Below are positions 14,731 to 22,626 of a stretch of 45,391 bases of DNA, in pieces. Position 1 is the first letter of the stretch, and every line of letters starts with the position of its first letter. The translations under genes were made by a program, and so were the position numbers. The stretch comes from a virus. The notes beneath the pieces are model-generated. The model was not told where the DNA came from. It did not search any database and was given only the letters and a program-made list of their open reading frames with translations. Location of the stretch: IMG/VR virus record IMGVR_UViG_3300010397_000021, positions 1 to 45,391 of that record; one strand, written 5' to 3'.

Positions 14731-15119
14731 TGATTTCTCGCTTAAAAAACTGCAAGCCATTAGAACCTATTCTTGCTGGGCTTAAAAAAAACCCTAAACC
14801 CAAGAGTCGTGGCGAAGAATCCCTGGCGCTCCAACTTATGGATGAGGGTATTCATTTTGAAAGAGAATATAGATTTTCCCCTCCACGCCGCTGGCGTTTA
14901 GATTTTGTATTGGGGTGGCCTAATCATTTTTTTGCCATAGAAGTTGAGGGAGGATCATGGATAAACGGCGCCCATAATCGTGGAAAGCGTTTTGAGCAAG
15001 ATGCTGAGAAATACGCAGAGGCATTAATCAAAGGCTATAAAGTTCTGCGCGTTACCTCTGATATGGTTTTTGATGGGCGCGCCATGCAATATATCATAAG
15101 GGCCATACAACAATGCTAA
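14730..15119 (+). CDS. PD-(D/E)xK endonuclease, DUF559/Vsr-like, 129 aa
   Basis: 'EREYRFSPPRRWRLDFVL...FAIEVEGGSW...HNRGKRFEQDAEKYAEALIKGYKVLRVT' matches the Vsr/DUF559 core (D...E-x-K-like). TAATG-coupled start. Confidence 0.65.
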   Translation: MISRLKNCKPLEPILAGLKKNPKPKSRGEESLALQLMDEGIHFEREYRFSPPRRWRLDFVLGWPNHFFAIEVEGGSWINGAHNRGKRFEQDAEKYAEALIKGYKVLRVTSDMVFDGRAMQYIIRAIQQC

Positions 15120-15805
15120 CGCCCATCATAGAAGCATTGGTTCAAGCAGGCGCCACACCTGAGATGATACTTGCTGCTGTAAAAGCTTATGAATATGAAA
15201 GAGAAATAAAGGAAAAATCCAAGAGAGAGAAGGATGCGTCTCGTCAGCGCCGTCATAGATTGTCACGCGATGTCACAGTGACAAACGGTGACAGCTGTGA
15301 CACTCCCCCCAATGGTTTCGATAGTTTCAATGGTTTCCCCTGCACCCCTTCCTTAACTTCCTTAACTTCCTTATCCCCCCACAAAGAAAACCCCCCTAAA
15401 GGGGGTCAAAAGAAAGTCCCCCAGCAAGAAACAGAAATTCCAGACTGGATGCCGCTTGCTGAATGGGAGGGATTCAAGGAAATGCGCCTCAAGATAAAAA
15501 AACCCATGACGTTGCGAGCCGAAAGGATCGCTATCGGCAAGCTAGAGCGCTTTAGGGCAAACGGGCACGATCCTACGCTAATCCTCAACCAAAGCATTCT
15601 CAACGACTGGCAAGACCTTTTTGAACCGAGAGATAAAACGCAGACCATGCAAACAACTACCACAGCCCCATCAACCAGCGAAACCGACGAACAGAAAGCC
15701 AAACGCCTGCGCTGGTGCAGGGATAAAGGTATTTCCTCCATGCATGCCACTACAGCGGATTTCGATTGGCTAGAGAAACGCGAGAATCAACAGGTGAGCA
15801 TATGA
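15113..15805 (+). CDS. Putative replication organiser/initiator, 230 aa
   Basis: Occupies the position of lambda O/P. The C-terminal 'IPDWMPLAEWEGFKEMRLKIKKPMTLRAERIAIGKLERFRANGHDPTLILNQSILNDWQDLF' recurs in prophage replication-region proteins (from memory). The low-complexity linker carries DNA repeats. Confidence 0.4.
   Translation: MLTPIIEALVQAGATPEMILAAVKAYEYEREIKEKSKREKDASRQRRHRLSRDVTVTNGDSCDTPPNGFDSFNGFPCTPSLTSLTSLSPHKENPPKGGQKKVPQQETEIPDWMPLAEWEGFKEMRLKIKKPMTLRAERIAIGKLERFRANGHDPTLILNQSILNDWQDLFEPRDKTQTMQTTTTAPSTSETDEQKAKRLRWCRDKGISSMHATTADFDWLEKRENQQVSI
15261..15405. repeat. Iteron-like repeat cluster inside the 15113-15805 gene (candidate origin)
   Basis: TGTCAC at 15261 and 15271. 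GTGACA at 15278, 15288 and 15297 (9-10-bp phasing). AATGGTTTC at 15311 and 15329. TCCTTAACT x2.7 at 15350-15373. CCCCCCTAAAGGGGG at 15391-15405. Confidence 0.4.
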
Positions 15806-16134
15806 CCATGTTAATTAAAAAACCCTATTCAGTTTCAGAGCTTAGTCTTATTAAGCGTTTACGCTATACACATAAACCCGCTGAGATTGCAATCATTGTT
15901 GGTCGCACTGAAAGCGCTATTAATCGAATCATTTCTATTGAGAAAAAGAAAGGTTATTGCGTGCCAAAACTCAGGCATGGTAACCTCAAGTGGGATAAGG
16001 AAAAAGTATCACACTGGCGAGGGCTTTTGCAAAAAGGTTTTAATTACAGTACAATATCAATTACAGAGCACGTCCATCCCGTTGTAATCAGCAGGAAGCT
16101 AGCGCAGGAAATACATGGGGAGCTAATTCATTAA
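15802..16134 (+). CDS. HTH-containing protein, 110 aa (late regulator or terminase accessory, uncertain)
   Basis: Start moved to MTMLIKK (ATGA overlap). 'HKPAEIAIIVGRTESAINRIISIEKKKG' is HTH-like. Confidence 0.5.
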   Translation: MTMLIKKPYSVSELSLIKRLRYTHKPAEIAIIVGRTESAINRIISIEKKKGYCVPKLRHGNLKWDKEKVSHWRGLLQKGFNYSTISITEHVHPVVISRKLAQEIHGELIH

Positions 16135-16166
16135 TATCAAGCAATTACAAATAGATAACTAAGTTT

Positions 16167-16403
16167 ATGCCAGGTGGAAGACCAAAAGGATCAACAAACG
16201 CAAAGAACATGGCGCTCAAAACCATGATCCTCAATTCACTTGAGAGGGTGGGCGGCGAAGAATACTTGATGCGACAGGCTGAAGAAAACCCATCGGCGTT
16301 TCTAACTATCCTTGGCAAGATTATCCCCTCTGAATTGAATGCCAAACTCTCTGGCGCTGTAAAGGTCAATGGAACTATCAACTTCGTACGACCGAGAGAT
16401 TAA
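16167..16403 (+). CDS. Terminase small subunit-like protein, 78 aa
   Basis: 'MPGGRPKGSTNAKN...' is a basic N-terminus. Lies directly upstream of, and overlapping, TerL. Confidence 0.45.
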   Translation: MPGGRPKGSTNAKNMALKTMILNSLERVGGEEYLMRQAEENPSAFLTILGKIIPSELNAKLSGAVKVNGTINFVRPRD

Positions 16404-17730
16404 CTTTCAGGTCGATATTCCTGAAGTGTTTCAGGACTTATTTGAGCCTAAGCGTTACAAAGTCTATTACGGTGGCCGCGGTGGCGCTAAATCCTGGGGA
16501 TTTGCTGATGCGCTGCTTATCATGGGTACTCAGCGCCCTTTGCGAATCTTATGCGCACGTGAGCTACAGAAATCAATAGCCGACTCTGTACATAAACTAT
16601 TATCCGACCAGATCATGAGTCTGGGCTTGGAAGAATTCTATGAAATCCAGAAGACCACCATCATTGGATTGAATGGCACGGAGTTCCTCTTCAACGGGCT
16701 TAAGCATAATGCCACGGAAATCAAGTCTACAGAGGGGATAGACATATGCTGGGTAGAGGAAGCCGAAAAAGTATCTGAAGCGTCCTGGGAGCTTTTAATA
16801 CCGACTATTCGCAAAGAGCATTCCGAGATATGGATTAGCTTTAATACCAAGCAGCCCAATGACGCGACCTATAAGCGCTTTGTTTTCGACGCGCCTGGCA
16901 ATTCAATTGTTAAGAAGGTATCCTATAAAGACAATCCATTCTTTCCCGATGTGCTTGAATATGAGCGATTGGAACTGCAGCGCAAAGACCCTAAAGCATA
17001 CGCGCATGTATGGGAGGGTGAATTCGATACGCGCTATTCTGGTGCGGTTTATGCGAAATGGATAGCCGATCTTAAGGATAAGGGACATATCAGGCCAGAT
17101 GTATTGCATGATCCAGCTTATCCAGTTTATACGCTGTGGGATTTAGGCTATTCAGATACCTGCGTGATCTGGTTTTACCAATCATCGGTCAGCGAAGTTC
17201 TATTTATTGATTACTATGAAAATAATGGCGAAGGCATTGGTCATTATTGTGATGTTCTGAAGGAGCGCAGCCAATACAATTACTATGCGCATTATGTTCC
17301 ACAGGACGCTGGCAAAAAGCTGATGGAGGCTAACGGGCGCTCAATTGTAGAGCAGGCATGGAAAGATCATGGAATACGCATGAGCGTGATTCCTGAGACA
17401 ACGCATGCTAACCGTATCGATGCACTACGTAAAACCTTGCCTGTCTGTTGGTTTAATTCTAATAGTTGCGCCCCAGGAATTGAAGCTGCGATGGCATATC
17501 ATTTTGAATATAATGAAGATTTACAGTCATTTAAAAAAGACCCCCATCATGATTGGTCATCACATGCATCCACTGCTTTAGAGTTGCTACCAAGTGTCTG
17601 GCGCGGTAGAATAAAGACGGTAGAAGAAATGCGGCGGGAAGCTATCGATAATAACTTTCACAGGCTGCGAAGAGAGAATAACCTGGTACAGGAAGACCCG
17701 TACCGTATTAAGCCGATGAGAAAGAAATGA
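16369..17730 (+). CDS. terL: Terminase large subunit (PBSX/Terminase_3-like), 453 aa
   Basis: Walker A 'YYGGRGGAKSWG', Walker B 'DICWVEEAE', C-terminal nuclease-like half. Confidence 0.9.
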   Translation: MELSTSYDREINFQVDIPEVFQDLFEPKRYKVYYGGRGGAKSWGFADALLIMGTQRPLRILCARELQKSIADSVHKLLSDQIMSLGLEEFYEIQKTTIIGLNGTEFLFNGLKHNATEIKSTEGIDICWVEEAEKVSEASWELLIPTIRKEHSEIWISFNTKQPNDATYKRFVFDAPGNSIVKKVSYKDNPFFPDVLEYERLELQRKDPKAYAHVWEGEFDTRYSGAVYAKWIADLKDKGHIRPDVLHDPAYPVYTLWDLGYSDTCVIWFYQSSVSEVLFIDYYENNGEGIGHYCDVLKERSQYNYYAHYVPQDAGKKLMEANGRSIVEQAWKDHGIRMSVIPETTHANRIDALRKTLPVCWFNSNSCAPGIEAAMAYHFEYNEDLQSFKKDPHHDWSSHASTALELLPSVWRGRIKTVEEMRREAIDNNFHRLRRENNLVQEDPYRIKPMRKK

Positions 17731-17864
17731 ACGCAATTTTTACATGTATCGGATCATTGTTTGCAGTAAGCATGGCGGTGATAGCCATTGCCGCGTGGCC
17801 AATAACATTAATGGGATTGTTGGCGTTGTGGGCAATAGTAGCATTACAGAGGGCCGTCAGATGA
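17727..17864 (+). CDS. Two-TM membrane peptide, 45 aa (below ORF-track cutoff)
   Basis: Hand translation: MNAIFTCIGSLFAVSMAVIAIAAWPITLMGLLALWAIVALQRAVR. ATGA overlaps with TerL and with the lipoprotein gene. Confidence 0.5.
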   Translation: MNAIFTCIGSLFAVSMAVIAIAAWPITLMGLLALWAIVALQRAVR

Positions 17865-18076
17865 AATCCTATATCGTTACGACTTTATTATTAGTATTAA
17901 CCGCTTGTGCTACACCCGAAACGATTCTTACTAAGGATGGCCAATACATATCATGCGGTGGTAGCTCAGTTGGCTCAGTGACTGGTGGTTATATCGGCTA
18001 TAGCCTTCAAAAAGATAATGATGATAAATGCGTCAAGGATCACGTTGCTATAGGATATAAACAAGTATCCCAATGA
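17861..18076 (+). CDS. Lipoprotein with glycine-zipper motif, 71 aa
   Basis: Start moved to MKSYIVTTLLLVLTAC (lipobox LTAC). 'GGSSVGSVTGGYIGY' is a glycine zipper. Confidence 0.6.
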   Translation: MKSYIVTTLLLVLTACATPETILTKDGQYISCGGSSVGSVTGGYIGYSLQKDNDDKCVKDHVAIGYKQVSQ

Positions 18077-18831
18077 AAGTAGCGGTATGGCGTACTGGGC
18101 ATGAGATAGCCGATACGGTAGCAAGCGCCATTCAAGAGGGATTGCCAGATATAGCAGCGCCAAATGTCGGCATTGGTTATGGCATTCTTCGTGGCATGAC
18201 TGCGGGATTTAAGCAATATCCGCACTGGTTCAATGTGGACCGAGGCTATTGGAAGCCCAGTCATTACAATGGTTATTATCGTATTAGCCTGCGTAGCACG
18301 CAACAGACCTTTGGCCTGGATAAGCTGAAACCAGACTATGACCGTTTGCGCGCGCTTGGCATCGAGCTTTATCCGTGGCGTGGGTTTGATGATAGTAAAT
18401 CGGTATTGGTATGCCCGCCTACGCACCATGTAAGTGAGTTCTTTGGTCTTGGCCAATTATGGAAATACCCTTCCACCAAATGTATATTGCGCAATAAGGG
18501 TGATGCATCTCCCATCAATTTTGATGATTATAACTATGTCTACACCTTTAACTCCTCCGTTGGATGGCAAGCACTCGCTGCTGGTATCCCCTGCATATCC
18601 GATCCTAAACATTCCATTATCGGCGCATGGTTTGGTAATTCGCTAACAGATAGTTTATCAAAAAAACAACATACTGAGCGCGAGCAGTTATTCGCAGTCA
18701 TGAGTGGATTGCAATTAACGCTAAAAGAAATGCGTGAAGGTAAGTTATGGCCGCTGATGAGCCAATTAATGTCTTTATCGGATGGGATTCAAGAGAATCC
18801 GTTGGATCATATGTCGCCGCTCACAGCATAA
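18073..18831 (+). CDS. Putative glycosyltransferase (GT-B / capsule-synthesis-like), 252 aa
   Basis: 'SVLVCPPTHH...' and 'YTFNSSVGWQALAAGIPCIS' resemble the C-terminal half of KpsS/KpsC-type or GT-B enzymes. Weak call. Confidence 0.35.
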   Translation: MKVAVWRTGHEIADTVASAIQEGLPDIAAPNVGIGYGILRGMTAGFKQYPHWFNVDRGYWKPSHYNGYYRISLRSTQQTFGLDKLKPDYDRLRALGIELYPWRGFDDSKSVLVCPPTHHVSEFFGLGQLWKYPSTKCILRNKGDASPINFDDYNYVYTFNSSVGWQALAAGIPCISDPKHSIIGAWFGNSLTDSLSKKQHTEREQLFAVMSGLQLTLKEMREGKLWPLMSQLMSLSDGIQENPLDHMSPLTA

Positions 18832-19556
18832 AGAAACGCACTCATCATCCTATTAATATTCGCTATCTTAAGCATCGCGAACTTCGTAAAGCCGGTCATT
18901 TCGCACGTCCATGGATTGTCAATGGCAGCGAAGGAGAGTGGACGGATTTAGTTGATGGCAAAACTTTCAGCACGGAATTCAGCCATACACGTTTTCTAGT
19001 GCCGCATCTTATGGGGTATAAGGGCTGGGCGCTATTTATGGATGCCGATATGATATTTTTATCGGATATACGCAAATTGTTTTCATTCTGTGATCCAAAA
19101 TACGCAGCAATGTGTGTAAAGCACGTTTACCCGCCCACCTCTGATAAAACGAAAATGGATGGCAGAACGCAGCGCTTTTATCATCGCAAGAACTGGTCAA
19201 GCTTTGTCCTGTGGAACTGTGCGCATCCAGCTAATATTGAAATAACACCAGAGAAGGTTAACTTTCTTTCAGGCCGTGATCTCCATAGTTTCTGCTGGCT
19301 CGATGATATGCAGATCGGCAATATTCCTTATACCTATAATTATATCTCCGGTATCAGTCCCAAAATGCCAGTCAATAGTTCTGGCCTTAACGCTGGAAAG
19401 CCCGATGTCATTCATTACAGTGATGGCGGTCCATGGTTTGAAGAATGCCAGGAAGTTCCATTCGCAGAGTTATGGAATCTTGAATACGAGGATTGGCAGC
19501 GAAGAGGTGAGGGGAATAAATACAGCGACGTGCCAACGACGAGGTTTGAGCTATGA
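18747..19556 (+). CDS. Glycosyltransferase family 8-like (GT-A, DxD), 269 aa
   Basis: 'FSHTRFLVPHLMGYKGWALFMDADMIFLSDIRKLF' (DxD) and 'DVIHYSDGGPWFEE' parallel LgtC-type GT8 motifs. Overlaps the previous ORF by 85 nt. Confidence 0.7.
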   Translation: MAADEPINVFIGWDSRESVGSYVAAHSIKKRTHHPINIRYLKHRELRKAGHFARPWIVNGSEGEWTDLVDGKTFSTEFSHTRFLVPHLMGYKGWALFMDADMIFLSDIRKLFSFCDPKYAAMCVKHVYPPTSDKTKMDGRTQRFYHRKNWSSFVLWNCAHPANIEITPEKVNFLSGRDLHSFCWLDDMQIGNIPYTYNYISGISPKMPVNSSGLNAGKPDVIHYSDGGPWFEECQEVPFAELWNLEYEDWQRRGEGNKYSDVPTTRFEL

Positions 19557-20215
19557 CCATTGCTCTTCTATGCCCAACACGCGCGCGGCCCAAGCAATGC
19601 AAACGCATGATTGAAAGCGCATACAATACCAGTAAGGATACAGTTAATATTTATCTCGGTTTTACAGATGAATCATATTGTGGTGGCGGATATCAACTGC
19701 CCGATTATCCCACCGCGCATAAATGGAATATGCTAGCAATTGAAGCGATGAAAGACCCGAGCAATAAGCTGTTTATGCTTGCTGCTGATGACATGATATT
19801 CACAACGCCATGCTGGGATCAAGCCCTGCTCGATCATTACAATGCATTGGATAATAAAGTTCACGTATATGCGCTGCAAGATAGCCGTGATCCCAATGGC
19901 ACACCACATCCGATAGTAACCCGGGAATATATCGAAGCACTGGGATGGTTTTTGCCACCGATTTTTATGCATTGGTATGTCGATAGCTGGACCGTGGAGA
20001 TTGCCAAAGCCAATAATTGCTTCACGCATATGAAGGATTATTTGCTGGTACACGATAAGCCCAGCGATAAAGGACAAGCTGATGAAACACATAATCGCAT
20101 ACGCGGTATGGGATGGCATGAACGGGATAAATATGTAGCAGAGAAATGCACAAATTACCTTGAGCAGCAGATATTACGATTATCGCTTGCGATGAAAATG
20201 CAGAGGGCTGCATGA
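19553..20215 (+). CDS. Glycosyltransferase, GT-A/GT2-like, 220 aa
   Basis: 'IALLCPTRARPKQCKRMIESA' (N-terminal beta-alpha), 'LFMLAADDMIFTTPCWD' (DxD-like), 'YVDSWTVEIA'. Confidence 0.5.
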   Translation: MTIALLCPTRARPKQCKRMIESAYNTSKDTVNIYLGFTDESYCGGGYQLPDYPTAHKWNMLAIEAMKDPSNKLFMLAADDMIFTTPCWDQALLDHYNALDNKVHVYALQDSRDPNGTPHPIVTREYIEALGWFLPPIFMHWYVDSWTVEIAKANNCFTHMKDYLLVHDKPSDKGQADETHNRIRGMGWHERDKYVAEKCTNYLEQQILRLSLAMKMQRAA

Positions 20216-20388
20216 ATAGCTTCCTGGAATGGTATGATAAGCCAAAAGATAACGCAAGGTTTTGCGGCGAGTATTATCATTGGGCATATACTGAAAAAGA
20301 TAAGTTTCGTTCTAAAGACTGGTTTTGTGATGCATGTATGAAGCGCATGGGTGCATGGAATCTATTGTTAGAAGGTAAGATTCAATGA
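20212..20388 (+). CDS. Small Cys-containing protein, 58 aa (below ORF-track cutoff)
   Basis: Hand translation: MNSFLEWYDKPKDNARFCGEYYHWAYTEKDKFRSKDWFCDACMKRMGAWNLLLEGKIQ. ATGA overlaps on both sides. Confidence 0.5.
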   Translation: MNSFLEWYDKPKDNARFCGEYYHWAYTEKDKFRSKDWFCDACMKRMGAWNLLLEGKIQ

Positions 20389-21395
20389 AAATCTGGATCA
20401 CTGGCATTGCAGGATTTCTTGGCTCACATTTAGCAGAGGCGCTGATTGCCGAAGGACACGAGGTAAGAGGAAATGATAACTTACTATGTGGTGATTATAA
20501 TAATATTACTAAAACAATTAGAGATATTACCCATTTCGCATGCCTGGAATATGATTGCTGCAATCAAACGGATATGTTTAATGCGCTGAAACTATACAAC
20601 TCAGATGTCTTAATACATTGCGCTGCCACTGCTCACGAAGGTCTAAGCTCCTTCAGCCCATCCTTTATCACGCGTAACATTTATGAAGCTAGCGTTGCTA
20701 CATTCAGCGCAGCGATTGCTGCTGGCGTGAAGCGCATCATCTATATGAGCAGTATGTCGCGTTATGGCGAACAATCTTTACCATTCACTGAGGGTATGCG
20801 GCCTAAGCCCGTTGATCCGTATGGCATAGCTAAAGTCGCTGCCGAAGATACGCTTAAAGTTCTCTGCAAAACCCATGGTGTAAAATATGCCATCGCCGTT
20901 CCACATAATATTATCGGTATACGCCAGCGCAGTTGCGATCCTTATCGTAATGTTGCAGCTATTATGATTAATCGCTGTAAGCAGGGTAAGCCGCCAATCA
21001 TCTATGGCGACGGATCACAGAAGCGCTGCTTTAGTCCTATTGCAGATGTGATTCCATCATTATTGCGCATGGTGCATGGCGATGCGGATGGCGAGGTAGT
21101 GAATATCGGTCCAGATTTAGGCGAGATTACAATAAAAGAATTGGCTGACAAGATATGTAAGCTAACTAACTACACCAATGATCCGCTTTATATGCCTGGG
21201 CGCCCTAATGAAGTACATGATGCCTATTGCTCCAGTGATAAGGCTCGGAGAATACTGGGTTATGAACCGAAGCAATCCATCGACGAATGCTTAAAGCAGA
21301 TGGTGGATTACATTCAGCCAATGCCATTCGTATATGATTTTCCGATAGAGATCGAGCGCGGATGTCCTGAAACCTGGGCAAAGAGGATTATGTGA
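20385..21395 (+). CDS. NAD-dependent NDP-sugar epimerase/dehydratase (extended SDR), 336 aa
   Basis: Rossmann 'ITGIAGFLGSHL', catalytic 'SSMSRYG' and 'PYGIAKVAAE' (YxxxK). Confidence 0.85.
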   Translation: MKIWITGIAGFLGSHLAEALIAEGHEVRGNDNLLCGDYNNITKTIRDITHFACLEYDCCNQTDMFNALKLYNSDVLIHCAATAHEGLSSFSPSFITRNIYEASVATFSAAIAAGVKRIIYMSSMSRYGEQSLPFTEGMRPKPVDPYGIAKVAAEDTLKVLCKTHGVKYAIAVPHNIIGIRQRSCDPYRNVAAIMINRCKQGKPPIIYGDGSQKRCFSPIADVIPSLLRMVHGDADGEVVNIGPDLGEITIKELADKICKLTNYTNDPLYMPGRPNEVHDAYCSSDKARRILGYEPKQSIDECLKQMVDYIQPMPFVYDFPIEIERGCPETWAKRIM

Positions 21396-21808
21396 GCATT
21401 GTAGCAATCTCTGGCGGATTTGATCCGCTTCATCACGGTCATATTAGTCTTATTGAAGAGGCAGCAGAGCATGGCAAAGTCGTAGTCATTCTAAACAGCG
21501 ATGTGTGGCTTAAACGCAAAAAAGGCTTTGTCTTTATGCCATATGATAACCGTGCCCGTATTCTGCTTGCATTGCGCGATGTCTATAACGTAATTCCTGC
21601 CGATGATTATGATGATACGGTTTGTAATACACTTAAACAATTAAAGCCGGATTGCTTTGCCAATGGCGGGGATCGTACCGCACAGAACACGCCGGAGCTT
21701 AAGCTATGCAATGATTTGCGTATTAAGCCGCTTTTCAATGTCGGCGGGTCTAAAGTAGAAAGCAGTAGTGATTTAGTGAATGCAGCGGTGCAGTATCATG
21801 ATTGGTAA
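21392..21808 (+). CDS. HIGH-motif nucleotidyltransferase (cytidylyl/adenylyltransferase family; RfaE domain II / TagD-like), 138 aa
   Basis: 'ISGGFDPLHHGHISLIEEA', 'VVILNSD', 'ANGGD' match the nucleotidyltransferase superfamily. Confidence 0.75.
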   Translation: MSIVAISGGFDPLHHGHISLIEEAAEHGKVVVILNSDVWLKRKKGFVFMPYDNRARILLALRDVYNVIPADDYDDTVCNTLKQLKPDCFANGGDRTAQNTPELKLCNDLRIKPLFNVGGSKVESSSDLVNAAVQYHDW

Positions 21809-22085
21809 GCGCTTCGTACGCAGACAATGGGGCTGGTATCTGACGCTGCTAGATCGCGCGCATTTTAAGGTAAAGCTATTATGCTTTAAGCGCGATGGAC
21901 GATTATCAAACCAATATCATCGTCTTCGTAGCGAGCTATGGCTTTTCCTCTCAGGAGAACAATCTGGCGCATGGCGCAGAATAAATGAGGATGAGCTGCA
22001 TACATACCATGCCATCAGACCAACGTTAGTACTCGAAATACAATATGGCGATAAATGCGATGAGAAGGATATAGTGCGTGTCTAA
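21798..22085 (+). CDS. Cupin, mannose-6-phosphate isomerase type II-like, 95 aa
   Basis: 'RRQWGWYLTLLDRAHFKVKLLCFKRDGRLSNQYHRLRSELWLFLSG' parallels the RPWG.Y...KVK...LS.Q.H..R.E.W motif. Start set at MIGKRF. Confidence 0.65.
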   Translation: MIGKRFVRRQWGWYLTLLDRAHFKVKLLCFKRDGRLSNQYHRLRSELWLFLSGEQSGAWRRINEDELHTYHAIRPTLVLEIQYGDKCDEKDIVRV

Positions 22086-22626
22086 ATCTTTCGATGAGCT
22101 CTGGCGCTTTATCAATACGCGCAGTTCTGTCATTACCGTTCAAGAGCGTAGCGAACTTAACTATGTTTATGACTTGATGCGCGGTGCTGCATCCTACCTA
22201 GAAGTGGGAACGGCAGAGGGTAATTCTCTCTATGTGTTATCACACGCCATCAAGCCCGGTGGCGTTATTAGCTATATCGATTATGGCGAGAAGCATACGG
22301 CATTGCCGCGCAACGAAATCATAGCGCTTTTGCACAATGAGGGAATTGAGGTGGCTGGTTATTTGGGCAACAGCCATGATCCAAAGACTTATAGCGCGAC
22401 AATGCCCTACGATGTGGTGCTAATTGACGCTGGTCATTCTTATGAGGATGTCATTGCTGATGCAATTGCCTATGGGCGGTTTGCCACCAAATATCTCATT
22501 TTCCATGATATATGCCTACCAGAAGTAGAACGAGCGTTTGAATGGTATTGCAAGCAGCGCTCCCTCAATAAGGCCTATAAATTTATTAACAGCGATACAT
22601 TTGGATATGGGATTTTGAAGCTATGA
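22078..22626 (+). CDS. Class I SAM-dependent methyltransferase (Methyltransf_24 / sugar O-MTase-like), 182 aa
   Basis: 'YLEVGTAEGNSLYVL' (motif I), 'YDVVLIDAGHSYEDV', 'LIFHDI'. GTG start. Confidence 0.7.
   Translation: MSKSFDELWRFINTRSSVITVQERSELNYVYDLMRGAASYLEVGTAEGNSLYVLSHAIKPGGVISYIDYGEKHTALPRNEIIALLHNEGIEVAGYLGNSHDPKTYSATMPYDVVLIDAGHSYEDVIADAIAYGRFATKYLIFHDICLPEVERAFEWYCKQRSLNKAYKFINSDTFGYGILKL

Noticed and set aside
17727-18076. The TM peptide plus lipoprotein as an i-/o-spanin pair
   Set aside because: The TM peptide is only 45 aa, with two TM segments and no periplasmic coiled coil. The pair is 26 kb from the lysis cassette, which has its own lipoprotein.
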